Program-made: the position numbers and the translations under genes
Notes under the pieces: model-generated
Database searches by the model: none
Seen by the model: the letters and a program-made list of their open reading frames with translations, nothing else
What the model was told of the DNA's origin: nothing
Shown: positions 1 to 9,963 of the stretch, one piece after another
How the letters are laid out: every line of letters starts with the position of its first letter
Position numbering within the stretch: the stretch's first letter is position 1
Assembly: GCA_045105515.1 (NCBI GenBank)
Contig: JBGCDR010000181.1
Location: 35,501 to 99,500 of the forward strand
Direction of reading: 5' to 3'
Length of the DNA stretch: 64,000 nucleotides
Origin: Oligoflexales bacterium
Lineage (GTDB): Bacteria > Bdellovibrionota_B > Oligoflexia > Oligoflexales > Bog-1112

Positions 1-89
1 TTTATCAGCTGATGTCCGTTGAATTTTCGAATATTTCATTGTAAGAATTTTTTATGTAAAAATGACGTAGCTGCTCAACGAGGATATGG

Positions 90-1445
90 ATGGCCTACAA
101 GATTTTGCTTGGAATCATAATTGGTAGGCTTATTCAAGATCATTATAATATATTGATTGATGTATTTTTCAATAGATGGCCTGCTCCTATGTTTGCCTTC
201 ATCATCTCTCATATATTGAAGAAGCACAGGTTATTTCATTCCTTTGTTCTTATCTTGTATGGATCCGTTTCTGCTCTAGGCACCCCTCAATTTCAAAACA
301 CCTCGCTAAACTCTGCAAAGGTAATTTACACAAATATGTTTGGCTTAAGTTCTAAACTAGCAATAGTCCAAAGTGACACGAAAAGATATTTAGTCAAAGG
401 ATCAAAGCTCCTCCCCAATTTGGAGGGTACAGTTGAACATGGTCAATTCAAGCCTCAATTTCAAATTCCAGGTAAATATCATCCATGGTCAAATGTTCAA
501 ATTTGGTCAACGAAGCTATCTAGTTTTATCCAAAGACAAATATCTACACTTCCTCATTCAATAAAAACCTGGATAGAGGCGCTTTTACTAGGAAAAGTAG
601 GCACTATTTCCAAAGATTTGCAAGATGCACTAAAATTCCTCGGGATTTATCATATTGCAATTATTAGTGGGCTCCATCTAAGCATATTGAGTAAACTTCT
701 AAACCAAGCTCTCTATATGCCAATAAATTTTTTGTATAGCATAAGAGTTTTATCGCCCACTTTGCATATCCTTTCCAAACTATTTTCAGATTTAGTTTTT
801 TTATTTTTTTTGATTATATATGCAGAGTCATTATGTTTTACGCAACCGATCCAAAGAGCAATAATTCTTTTTGGTATGGGATTAATCCATTCGCTTTTTT
901 GGGGTAAATCACAGCAATTTAGTCAGATACCTTACTATCTTTGCTGCCAGGCTTTGATATTTCCTTTAGGATTTTTTAGTTTCTCAACCTTCATGAGTTG
1001 GGGAGCGTATTTTGTCGCTGTTTCACCTGAACATCAAATATTTGGTCCGATCATCTGGCAAAAAATAGCAAAACAGCTGCTCCTCACACTGTTATGTTTT
1101 TCTATTTTTGGTGAGCTCAGCCTAGCCGGTATAATCATCAACTTAATTTTAAATTTTTTTCTACCTAGTTTATTGATTAGTGCAATTACACTAATTTTCG
1201 TCACCGGAAATTATTTCCAAATAGAATTGATACTGGTTGAATATCACAAGAAATTTCAAGAAATTTGTATTTACTTATACAATAATTTAGGTAGTTATCA
1301 ATTCTTATATATTAAATTGTATGACTACAGTCTCTTAAGAACGATAGTCGGGCTAGTCGTTAGTTTATGCGTACTCATAATTTACTCAGACAGGTCGATA
1401 AAGAGCGAGCCATACAACAAACTGAATGGACCAAGCCATGCTTAG
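90..1445 (+). CDS. ComEC/Rec2-family competence membrane protein (competence domain only; start uncertain)
   Basis: HIAIISGLHLS motif preceded by EALLLG, multiple hydrophobic segments; no C-terminal MBL domain. Confidence 0.75.
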   Translation: MAYKILLGIIIGRLIQDHYNILIDVFFNRWPAPMFAFIISHILKKHRLFHSFVLILYGSVSALGTPQFQNTSLNSAKVIYTNMFGLSSKLAIVQSDTKRYLVKGSKLLPNLEGTVEHGQFKPQFQIPGKYHPWSNVQIWSTKLSSFIQRQISTLPHSIKTWIEALLLGKVGTISKDLQDALKFLGIYHIAIISGLHLSILSKLLNQALYMPINFLYSIRVLSPTLHILSKLFSDLVFLFFLIIYAESLCFTQPIQRAIILFGMGLIHSLFWGKSQQFSQIPYYLCCQALIFPLGFFSFSTFMSWGAYFVAVSPEHQIFGPIIWQKIAKQLLLTLLCFSIFGELSLAGIIINLILNFFLPSLLISAITLIFVTGNYFQIELILVEYHKKFQEICIYLYNNLGSYQFLYIKLYDYSLLRTIVGLVVSLCVLIIYSDRSIKSEPYNKLNGPSHA

Positions 1446-1878
1446 AGATTTAAAAGTACTTATAGTAGAAGATTCCCCGCTAGTGCAAAAACAAATAACC
1501 CTAGCATTTGAAGATGCTGGCTTTGATGTCATCGGAAAAGCTCAAAACGGTGTGGAAGCGCTGATGAAATGCAAGAAAGTTCAACCCGATCTAATAAGTA
1601 TCGATGTCATTATGCCAGAAATGCATGGAATAGATTTGTATAAGCAAATAAAAAAACTGTACCCAGATATAAAGTGCTTATTCATAACCTGTTTACGATC
1701 AGACCAAATCAAGGATGCATTCCCAAATGAAATACAACCTTTCCAATTCCTTGACAAACCAACAAATCCTGAGACTCTATATGCTGCTGTGGAAACTCTC
1801 TACGAAACCCCTACTCAGGAAACTGAGCCAACTAACGATGAAAAAAGCCCAGAGCTCCCGACCCAAGGAGCATCATAA
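1426..1878 (+). CDS. Single-domain CheY-like response regulator
   Basis: VLIVEDS, PDLISIDVIMPEMHG, FLDKP receiver motifs. Confidence 0.9.
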   Translation: MDQAMLRDLKVLIVEDSPLVQKQITLAFEDAGFDVIGKAQNGVEALMKCKKVQPDLISIDVIMPEMHGIDLYKQIKKLYPDIKCLFITCLRSDQIKDAFPNEIQPFQFLDKPTNPETLYAAVETLYETPTQETEPTNDEKSPELPTQGAS

Positions 1879-3030
1879 CTATTCCGGTGCAGTACCAACA
1901 TCTGGTTTCAATCCTTGTTTTATGAAGGTCGTTCTATTCAAACGATTAGAGGGTGAGCTCGATTTAACAGTTGCCATATAACCACTTAGAAGAGCTACCA
2001 AGAGCGAAAAAAGCCCTACTAAGAGAAAAGCGTTATGCCATACCGCACCAAGAAGGAAGAGTCCAAACGTAGCAATTCCGCAAACAATAGCGTTGATCAA
2101 AAGCTTATCTTTTTTGACTATGGACATTTCGCCTTTTAAAATGCCTCCCGCATAGCCTTCAAGCATCACATTTTTTTCCCTGGCTTTATGGAAATGTTTA
2201 AGCACACTCGCAGGTTGGTATATATACCTAGCATGCCAAAATGGAAGGTGAATCAGTTGGATACCAGCTATTTCTAATTCACTCCTTGTATCGACCAAAA
2301 TTTCAACATTCAGTTTTGCCAGAGCATGGTGGTAGTTTGTCACGTGATTACGGGCCCTCCGTAAGGCCTCTTCCTCTGATACTTGAATAGTTAATATTGG
2401 CAGGCCATTAGCATACTTAAACTCGAAAAATTCGCGAACATCATAGGCGGAAAGCTCATCATCACCTGATTTTGAGGTCTTTATACCTAGGCTAGGATCA
2501 ATCCTACCTCTTGAAAAAGTAGAATCTAAAGGAAAACCATCCCAGTCAACTTCAAGCTGCTCCTTAGGTTCGTGAAGATGAGTCATTCCCCAATTTTCGC
2601 AAAGATTTTTACGGGCTGAAATAGCCCAACGATAGTTTCTCCTAAACTGGCCTTCTTCCATAATATAGTTAGCGCCTAATCCGTGATCTAAGGCAGATTT
2701 TTGGCGTTTTACTAGGCCTTTCCACATGGTATGGGCTTCAAGGGACACAATCCAGAATGGGATGGAAAAACCATTAATATCAGTAATAAAGTATTCTTTG
2801 TCTACATTCTCAGCATGGTGATGAAGGCGTTTGATCCACTCGGTAAAAATTGCCTTTACTTGCCTTTGATCGCAAGAATTAGGAACAATATAGTGATCTG
2901 AATATATTTCCTTTTTCCCGGTTTCCATGGATATTCTAAAGGTTACCGAACAAAAGGGGCACATAAGGAGCTTATCCATCAGGTCATATTGGGAAGGTGC
3001 ATTACAGCTCGGACAGGCTAACTCATGCAT
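1879..3030 (-). CDS. Zinc-ribbon membrane protein, function unknown (start reassigned to MHELACPSC)
   Basis: CPSC...CPFC at N-terminus, two C-terminal TM helices; AAGGAG RBS ~10 nt upstream of ATG at 3030. Confidence 0.7.
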   Translation of the reverse strand: MHELACPSCNAPSQYDLMDKLLMCPFCSVTFRISMETGKKEIYSDHYIVPNSCDQRQVKAIFTEWIKRLHHHAENVDKEYFITDINGFSIPFWIVSLEAHTMWKGLVKRQKSALDHGLGANYIMEEGQFRRNYRWAISARKNLCENWGMTHLHEPKEQLEVDWDGFPLDSTFSRGRIDPSLGIKTSKSGDDELSAYDVREFFEFKYANGLPILTIQVSEEEALRRARNHVTNYHHALAKLNVEILVDTRSELEIAGIQLIHLPFWHARYIYQPASVLKHFHKAREKNVMLEGYAGGILKGEMSIVKKDKLLINAIVCGIATFGLFLLGAVWHNAFLLVGLFSLLVALLSGYMATVKSSSPSNRLNRTTFIKQGLKPDVGTAPE

Positions 3031-3234
3031 AGGCCGAATCTCCTTAGGGTGTGGTCCACAAGATAATTTTAGCACGCATAGAGTTGACAAGACACGGATC
3101 GGCATTAGTTTGTGGTTATCAGGCAGGCAGGACTGCAGAAGACAGATTTCTTGCAAGCCCTAAAAGCTATAACTAAATGATTTTACTAAATTATTTTATA
3201 TTCAAATAACTCACTCATAGAATGGAGAGAAGGC

Positions 3235-5145
3235 ATGGGAAAGATTATTGGAATTGATTTAGGGACTACTAACTCGGTTGTTTCGGTCTTGGAGCAGGGG
3301 CAAGTTAAAATTATCCCAAATGCCGAAGGACAAAGAACCACCCCTAGTGTGGTTGCTTACACCAAAGATGGCGGAGAAGTTTTAGTTGGTGCTGCAGCAC
3401 GAAGACAAGCCGTAACCAACCCACAAAGAACAGTATTTTCAGCAAAAAGATTTATCGGCTGTAAGTTTACCGAGCGCGAAGATGAATCAAGAAAAGTTCC
3501 TTACACTGTAAAAAGTGGTAACGGAGGAACTGCTGTATTTGATATTGATGGCAAAGATGTCCATCCTACAGAAATTTCTGCGAAAGTTTTAGGCAAGCTT
3601 AAGCAGGCTGCGGAAGATTACCTGGGAGAGGCTGTCACTGAAGCCGTTATTACTGTACCTGCTTATTTCAACGACTCCCAACGGCAAGCAACCAAAGACG
3701 CTGGTAAAATTGCTGGCCTAGACGTTAAGCGGATCGTCGCTGAACCAACTGCAGCAGCCTTAGCTTATGGGATGGACAAGAAACACCACGAAAAAGTCGC
3801 CGTATTTGACTTCGGTGGCGGTACTTTTGATATATCCATCCTTGAAGTGGGTGACAATGTTGTCGAAGTTCTTGCGACCAACGGCGACTCTCACTTAGGT
3901 GGTGATAATGTTGATGAAGTTTTGATTCACTTCTTAGTAGAAACTTTCAAAAAAGACACTGGCATTGATGTCTCAGCAGATCCAATGGCAATGCAACGCC
4001 TAAAAGAGGCAGCAGAAAAAGCAAAGATCGAGCTTTCTTCTTCTGTAACGACTGAAGTGAATCTACCATTCTTAACGGCTGATCAATCTGGCCCTAAGCA
4101 TTTAAACGTATCAATCCAACGATCTGAGTTTGAGAAACTCATTGCCGGCCTGATTGAGAAGACGTTGGAGCCATGCAGAAAGTGTGTCGCCGATGCCGGA
4201 ATTCCTGTATCAGACATCAACGAAATCCTTCTAGTTGGTGGCTCCACTCGTATTCCTTTAGTACAGCAAAAAGTCAAAGAGTTTTTCCAAAAAGAACCCA
4301 ATAAAAGTGTAAACCCAGATGAAGTAGTTGCACACGGTGCTGCAATCCAAGCAGGTATCTTAGGCGGTGATGTAAAAGACATTCTTCTGCTTGACGTTAC
4401 ACCACTATCTCTTGGAATTGAAACTCAAGGTGGTGTTATGACACGCCTCATTGATCGCAACACCACAATCCCTACTAAGAAAAGCCAGGTCTTCTCAACT
4501 GCTGCTGATAACCAAACTTCAGTAGAGATCCTAGTCCTTCAGGGTGAACGCGATATGGCTTCAGACAACCGTAAGATTGGTAGTTTCAGCTTAGTGGATA
4601 TTCCTCCTGCACCACGCGGAGTTCCACAGATCGAAGTAACCTTCGATATTGACGCCAATGCCATCCTTTCTGTCTCTGCTAAAGACATGGGCACAGGAAA
4701 GGAACAAAACATCAAAATTACTGCAGAAACTAAGCTTTCAGACGATGATATCGACAAAATGGTCAAGGAAGGTGAGGCGAACGCTGAAGCCGATAAAGCC
4801 AAAAGAGAAAAAGTTGAAGCCCACAATAACTTGGACTCTATGGTCTACCAGGCTGAGAAGCTTCTAAAAGACAATACCAACTTGCCAAAAGACCTCAAAG
4901 AAGAGGTTGAGTCTGCAATCAACACAGCTAAGTCCAAGCTTGATGGAGACGTACCAACCCTTAAAGCCGCAAAGACTGAGTTTGAAGCTAAGCTCCACAA
5001 ACTTACTGAACATGTTTACAAGCAGGCGGGTGCTCAGCAAGGTCAAGGGGGTCAAACCGGTGATCCTCAGCAGGCACAGACAGAGAACAAGTCTGACGAC
5101 AATGTGGTTGACGCAGAGTTCGAAGAAGGTGATAGCAAAAAATAA
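3235..5145 (+). CDS. dnaK: Chaperone DnaK (Hsp70)
   Basis: [49 protein letters not shown]. Confidence 0.99.
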   Translation: MGKIIGIDLGTTNSVVSVLEQGQVKIIPNAEGQRTTPSVVAYTKDGGEVLVGAAARRQAVTNPQRTVFSAKRFIGCKFTEREDESRKVPYTVKSGNGGTAVFDIDGKDVHPTEISAKVLGKLKQAAEDYLGEAVTEAVITVPAYFNDSQRQATKDAGKIAGLDVKRIVAEPTAAALAYGMDKKHHEKVAVFDFGGGTFDISILEVGDNVVEVLATNGDSHLGGDNVDEVLIHFLVETFKKDTGIDVSADPMAMQRLKEAAEKAKIELSSSVTTEVNLPFLTADQSGPKHLNVSIQRSEFEKLIAGLIEKTLEPCRKCVADAGIPVSDINEILLVGGSTRIPLVQQKVKEFFQKEPNKSVNPDEVVAHGAAIQAGILGGDVKDILLLDVTPLSLGIETQGGVMTRLIDRNTTIPTKKSQVFSTAADNQTSVEILVLQGERDMASDNRKIGSFSLVDIPPAPRGVPQIEVTFDIDANAILSVSAKDMGTGKEQNIKITAETKLSDDDIDKMVKEGEANAEADKAKREKVEAHNNLDSMVYQAEKLLKDNTNLPKDLKEEVESAINTAKSKLDGDVPTLKAAKTEFEAKLHKLTEHVYKQAGAQQGQGGQTGDPQQAQTENKSDDNVVDAEFEEGDSKK

Positions 5146-5166
5146 TCTCGTACAACGAGAAGCTCA

Positions 5167-5203
5167 AAAAGCTCCTAGTGCCTCGGTTCTAGGAGCTTTT
5201 TAT
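5167..5203 (+). terminator. Rho-independent terminator after dnaK (possibly bidirectional)
   Basis: AAAAGCTCCTAG / CTAGGAGCTTTT stem with 10-nt loop followed by T-run. Confidence 0.85.
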
Positions 5204-5254
5204 TTTTATAAGACAATTTATAGAGTCTATAAGCATTTGAGCCACATAGAGCTA

Positions 5255-5410
5255 AGATCTCTCCCTTCACTTGCGCTCAGTCGAGATGATAGAGACCTAA
5301 ATCGTTATCTTGAGCAAAGCCAATACGAGAACCCTTCACTGAGTCGAGATGATGGGCTAGAATCTAGATTAGTCAAAATAGTCATCTCGAGCATAGTCGA
5401 GAGATCCCTC
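5255..5410. repeat. Cluster of REP-like palindromic repeats
   Basis: AGATCTCTCCCTTCA..GTCGAGATGA (5255-5290), CCCTTCACTGAGTCGAGATGA (5332-5352), inverted GTCATCTCGAGCATAGTCGAGAGATCCC (5381-5408). Confidence 0.75.
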
Positions 5411-5505
5411 TCGCTTACTGCAGAATCAAGATAACAAACTCAAACCAGGCCAACGAATTTATGTTTTATGGCAGGAACAAATTTTCGGTGAAAAAAGAGA
5501 AAAAT

Positions 5506-6120
5506 TTAAGAATGGACTGCCTGACTCCGATGCACTCCAACTCTGTGAAGCATCTTCGGATGTTTCATAAATGAATTTTTGTTTCTACTTTTAAATTTTT
5601 GCTCCATAGCTTTTTTTGCCTTATGACGTTTCTTATGGAGTTTAAAATCTTTTAGATAATCTTTACGAGCAGCCTCAGCTTCTTCCCATGCATTTGAACT
5701 GGTAACAAATTGATATAGATGCTCGCATTCTTCGCAGGCTTTACTCCCTAGAGCATCCATGGCATCTGCGAATTGTACTCCCCAAACAGCATAAATATCT
5801 TCAGGTTTATCTAGTTTTTCTGCCATCAATGGCAAAACCCAACCAGCATACTCTTCTTTTATCCAACGAAAAGTATAAAAACCTATGTTTGTAAAAGGAG
5901 CAAAACCGAACTTACGGGATTGCTGTCTTGAGTAATCAATTCTATTTTTTTCTTTAAGTAATGCCTTTGCAATCCAACTACCGTCACCAGCCTTTTGATT
6001 GTTAATCATATCCTGGGCAATCTTTTGAAAAGAACTGTTCGGTAATTTGTAGAGGGTACTGCAAGCGAAATCCTTAACCATCTTTGTGGTTTCCCTCAGT
6101 GTCTCTTTATCTCGATGCAT
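5506..6120 (-). CDS. Hypothetical protein with basic C-terminal tail
   Basis: 204-aa ORF with GAGG RBS; no recognised motif. Confidence 0.6.
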   Translation of the reverse strand: MHRDKETLRETTKMVKDFACSTLYKLPNSSFQKIAQDMINNQKAGDGSWIAKALLKEKNRIDYSRQQSRKFGFAPFTNIGFYTFRWIKEEYAGWVLPLMAEKLDKPEDIYAVWGVQFADAMDALGSKACEECEHLYQFVTSSNAWEEAEAARKDYLKDFKLHKKRHKAKKAMEQKFKSRNKNSFMKHPKMLHRVGVHRSQAVHS

Positions 6121-6434
6121 GGTTAATCCTCACTATCATATATAAACTGCAACTCTTTGATTTTAAAAAGCTCAACTTGTGGCCAGTGAAACAAAATTCA
6201 ATTCTGTGGATTTTTCGAAACCAAGCTTGCTTTATCTGAAGCAAAGATTAGCTCTATTTGGCACTTATACACAAGAAAAAACTATGAATCCACCTCTAAA
6301 GAGGCGCCTAAACAAGAATCTCTAAGACAACACGCTGGAATAAAATATTTTTCTTTTCTAGCCCGCCAATACCTTAAGAGCCATATCTTTATATGAAATA
6401 CAGGCAAAAAAGAAAAGCTAAAAGTTATAACATA

Positions 6435-7160
6435 TTAATAAAATGGGTTTTTTTCTGCGGTAAAAGGAACCGTTTCCTGGAGGGGTTTGTGGTAGTTTAT
6501 GCGCATAAATTCTTTAAAATAGTCACTAGTTAAGCAAATTTTCTTTCCGACTCCCTTGGAAATAGCTCCTCCCCAAAACTGGGCTGCAAGTTTATTTGCA
6601 GCTTCATATCGCTCATGATTAACGATGTCAGCTTTATCGAACAGAACACTCCTAAGCTGGTGCAAATGTGGATTACCTTGCTGTTGAAGGAGCATAATCG
6701 CGGAAAACAAAAACTTATCGATTTCTCCTTGCCATTCTAGCTCTAACTGAGACACCTCTCTATTCTGCTGAGCTCTCTGAAATATAAGGTGAAAATGACT
6801 AAGCTCTTCAACTAAAACACAAAAAGCATCAAGGTTTTTATAATTTAAAGATTCTAAAGGATTCTCTGCTAAAACCCGATTTATTAAATCAGTTTCAAAG
6901 TATATTCCCAAAAACAGTTCTGGATCAGAACTCACTTCGCAGGTAGATTCTTGCAAGCAAACTGCAGCTCTAGGAGAGCCTTTCTCAGAAGTATCTAAAC
7001 TAGCAGCTAAATAATCTTTTTCCAACAAAAAATCGGTGGCAGTTGGCGACTCAAAACCATAATAGGAAGTTAAAAAAGACTCCACGTCTTCTAAAAGCTT
7101 GGTAAAACATTTGGATTTAGATGTTGTGGCTTGTTCGCAATTTGTGGTCTCTTCAGCCAT
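6435..7160 (-). CDS. Conserved hypothetical protein, possible zincin-like metal site (EELSH...ELE)
   Basis: CVLVEELSHF and SQLELEWQGEIDKF motifs; RBS GAGGTG; operon with 7184-7807. Confidence 0.65.
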   Translation of the reverse strand: MAEETTNCEQATTSKSKCFTKLLEDVESFLTSYYGFESPTATDFLLEKDYLAASLDTSEKGSPRAAVCLQESTCEVSSDPELFLGIYFETDLINRVLAENPLESLNYKNLDAFCVLVEELSHFHLIFQRAQQNREVSQLELEWQGEIDKFLFSAIMLLQQQGNPHLHQLRSVLFDKADIVNHERYEAANKLAAQFWGGAISKGVGKKICLTSDYFKEFMRINYHKPLQETVPFTAEKNPFY

Positions 7161-7183
7161 TTAAAATCACCTCTTATCTGTGA

Positions 7184-7807
7184 TTACTGTGCCACTTTCA
7201 TATTAACCTGGATTGGCTCTATACCTGACTCTTCCAACTTCTTGCGAAGCCGCTCCGATTGATTTTTAGTCCACCTATCGTACAAGGCAAGTAAGTTAGC
7301 ATTTTCAGAATTTCCCAATAAGTCGGCTACTTCAGCTAAAACTTCGACGAGCATTGGAAAGTTGTCGGATAGAGAATGATAAATTTGAGGGAATCTTTTA
7401 TCTTTAAATCCATCTCTCATAAGCGATGAAACATTATTATAAGCGCTAGAACCAAGAGTAATATAGTAATCTATATCATAAGTCTTGCTGTTAAAAAAGT
7501 CTTGGAAATATCCTGAAACATATAAACTAGTATCACCAAGAACTTTATAAAGTTTAATCTGCTCTTCCTGTTGTGGAGATTCTAATGCTTTTTTAAGTAT
7601 GAGCGCTAAAGGCGTCTCTAAAATATCAATTTCTTCTAAAACAGAATTCATTTTTTCAGGATTTATAAAATCACAAAGTAAGTTTACTAAATAAAACTCT
7701 ATCTCTTCATTTAGTTCTAACTTTTGATTTCCAATTGCACTAGATACTTTTTCCCTAAAAAACTCTGTCGGGTTGATTAATAAACTTACACCTTCTGACA
7801 TATGCAC
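7184..7807 (-). CDS. Conserved hypothetical helical protein
   Basis: LGDTSLYVSGYF, YYITLGSSAY, LLALYDRW motifs; RBS GAGGTG. Confidence 0.7.
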   Translation of the reverse strand: MHMSEGVSLLINPTEFFREKVSSAIGNQKLELNEEIEFYLVNLLCDFINPEKMNSVLEEIDILETPLALILKKALESPQQEEQIKLYKVLGDTSLYVSGYFQDFFNSKTYDIDYYITLGSSAYNNVSSLMRDGFKDKRFPQIYHSLSDNFPMLVEVLAEVADLLGNSENANLLALYDRWTKNQSERLRKKLEESGIEPIQVNMKVAQ

Positions 7808-7884
7808 CTCTTCTATTGCAAGCTCTCTTCCTCTTCTCAGCCTGTAATTAGGACTAGCGAATAAGGCGGTTTCCAGCTATCATA

Positions 7885-7912
7885 GCTTCGGCAGAACACA
7901 TCGATTTCTTTA
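7885..7912 (-). promoter_or_regulatory. Putative sigma28 (FliA)-type promoter
   Basis: Minus strand TAAA-N16-GCCGAAGC, ~80 nt upstream of 7807. Confidence 0.45.
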
Positions 7913-8084
7913 ACCAAGTTTCATAGCGGAAGAGACTTTACGTCAATAAATTCGACATTTTCAGCTCGTAATAATTTGAAATTAAAAGGTGTTTCGGAAA
8001 TCAACAGTCTCACCTGGAAATTTTTGGTAGACATGAAAAGAACCTCACATAGTATCTCAGATAAAGAAGCATTAAGGTACCCCA

Positions 8085-8453
8085 ATGACTAGACCTCCCC
8101 TCAATGACCAAAAGCGCCAAATTGACCACATGAGCTTGGAAGAAATTGTCCACTTAGCAAATAAAGTGGGTATGGAATACTGCGATGCTAAACGCAAATC
8201 AGAACGCCTCGAATTACTAAAGCCAACACAGCGAGCCAAGGCTATGGAAAAATATGACGACGGCAAAAGAAGTGAAGCAAAAATAAAACGTCTAGCAGAA
8301 GTTGATCAAGAATACATACGTTCTCTTGAAGAACTATCTGAGGCTAAATCCGCTTCAGAGAAACTTCGTCTACGTTATGAGTCTTTTAAAAACCTATTCG
8401 AAGCTCGAAGGAGTATGCTGAGTTACCAGAAAGCCGAAATGAAACTTTTATAA
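8085..8453 (+). CDS. Helical hypothetical protein, phage UvsY-like pattern
   Basis: KRSEAKIKRLAEVDQEY...EAK...RRSMLSYQKAEMKL pattern recalls phage recombination-mediator-like helical proteins (by eye). Confidence 0.5.
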   Translation: MTRPPLNDQKRQIDHMSLEEIVHLANKVGMEYCDAKRKSERLELLKPTQRAKAMEKYDDGKRSEAKIKRLAEVDQEYIRSLEELSEAKSASEKLRLRYESFKNLFEARRSMLSYQKAEMKLL

Positions 8454-9440
8454 ATTTTCTTTCGCATTTCCTCGCTTCTTGCTCTTCCTAAGACTACTAA
8501 TACGTTTTTTTACATCTGTCAGTAAGCTTATATACTCAGGATCTGTAGATGCTTGCCTACGAAATAATTGATAGTGTTTCACTGCTTTTTGTGAGTTAAT
8601 CTTTTCGTATGCTTTTCCTAATAAAAGATGCGTTTCAGTAAGATATGGTCTAATTCTAAGCGCTCTTTCCATATAAGTAATTGCTACTTTGAACTTTTTT
8701 TCTTCGAGGTAACATTTTCCCAACCCCAACAAGGCACCAGCTAATAAAGGTTGCTGTTTCACAGCAAGCTTATATAACTTCATAGCTTTCTTAACTGCAC
8801 CTACCTCAAACATTATGTCACCCTCAACACTATGTAGGTATGCTAGATCAAATTTTTCGGCGTCTTCTTTAGAAGCTCTGATGGTCTTGAGAGCTTCTCG
8901 ATACCTTTTAATTTTTAAATAGGTCCTTGCAATGATTATTGCCGTCTGTGCATCTCGAGGCTCAACTTTTTGGAGTTTACGAGCCGTTTGCAGAGCTTCA
9001 CTGTAGTATCTAATTCTAAAATAGCTCCATGCTAAAGCCTTGAGAGCCTTGCTATCTAAGGATTTTATTTTAAGAGATTTTTGATAGTGAAAGATCGCAT
9101 CAGCATAATTTTCTAATGCTCTATAGGCCTCACCCAGATAAAAATTTGCATCAAAATTATTGCTATACCGATACATTGCTTTATCAAGATATCGGACCGC
9201 ATCCTTATAATTTCCAACTTTTACTAAAACCATTCCCAGGTTTCTATATGCTGTAAAATTTTTAGGTCTAACTGCTATTGATTTTTTATAGCTTTCAATA
9301 GCTTCTCGCAGGAGTCCATCTTTAGCATACTGATTGCCAATTGAAACATAGGTTCTTTTGGAGGTACTCTGACAAGATGAAATCAGAGTCGAAGAAATAA
9401 TAAAAAGAATTAGAACGATATTACCAATTTTTCGATCCAT
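8448..9440 (-). CDS. Tetratricopeptide-repeat lipoprotein
   Basis: Lipobox LISSC; repeated TPR consensus (AYRNLGMVL, ANFYLGEAY, ALLGLGKCY). Confidence 0.85.
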   Translation of the reverse strand: MDRKIGNIVLILFIISSTLISSCQSTSKRTYVSIGNQYAKDGLLREAIESYKKSIAVRPKNFTAYRNLGMVLVKVGNYKDAVRYLDKAMYRYSNNFDANFYLGEAYRALENYADAIFHYQKSLKIKSLDSKALKALAWSYFRIRYYSEALQTARKLQKVEPRDAQTAIIIARTYLKIKRYREALKTIRASKEDAEKFDLAYLHSVEGDIMFEVGAVKKAMKLYKLAVKQQPLLAGALLGLGKCYLEEKKFKVAITYMERALRIRPYLTETHLLLGKAYEKINSQKAVKHYQLFRRQASTDPEYISLLTDVKKRISSLRKSKKRGNAKENL

Positions 9441-9516
9441 ATGGATAATAGCTCTTGTTACATAGTGTTCTTTTTTTAATATTATAGCTTATTTTCTTGA
9501 GGACGTCAGCCAAGGT

Positions 9517-9873
9517 CTAATCGAGGACATAGTATTCTTCAAACAATGACCAACAACGGCTGTCTTTCGAATAAAAAGATAAGATAATCTGCTTTTCTTG
9601 CCAATCTTTATAGCTTGCAGCATTATAGGTATAATACCTTAAACTTAATGATCCAGACTTTCCTGTTACCATATTATTTGGTACAGGCATGAAATCATCC
9701 AAATAGTAACACTCATTAGGGGTATTTTTCAAAAATGGTAATGCAACTCCTTGATCTGTTAACTTCTTGGTGGAAATCAAGAGTTGGCAAGCTGACAGCA
9801 AGTACAGCGAAACTAGGAGAGCAAATCTAGTGAAGATGTTCATAACCATCCCGCTTACTTTTAGATTACTCAT
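9517..9873 (-). CDS. Small hypothetical lipoprotein (start uncertain, 9873-9843)
   Basis: Lipobox LLSAC after hydrophobic stretch. Confidence 0.6.
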   Translation of the reverse strand: MSNLKVSGMVMNIFTRFALLVSLYLLSACQLLISTKKLTDQGVALPFLKNTPNECYYLDDFMPVPNNMVTGKSGSLSLRYYTYNAASYKDWQEKQIILSFYSKDSRCWSLFEEYYVLD

Positions 9874-9963
9874 ACCCTTATTCCCTGAATTTATTAATAA
9901 CTCCAAAAAACATTCGTCGATCCCCAATTTACCTTTAGGTTATTTTTTATAGGGTACTGTTTT

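Noticed and set aside
3069..3095. CIRCE element upstream of dnaK (TTAGCACGC)
   Set aside because: Only a left-arm-like half; no GAGTGCTAA-like right arm at 9-nt spacing
4083..4826. Antisense ORFs inside dnaK (similarly within aspS, hutH, lon, ffh)
   Set aside because: Shadow ORFs opposite well-supported conserved genes
5255..5410. CRISPR array
   Set aside because: Units are degenerate, irregularly spaced and in mixed orientation; no cas genes
4907..5434. 175-aa ORF overlapping the dnaK 3' end
   Set aside because: Off-frame read-through across the terminator and REP-like repeats; repeated LSRDD is just the translated repeat
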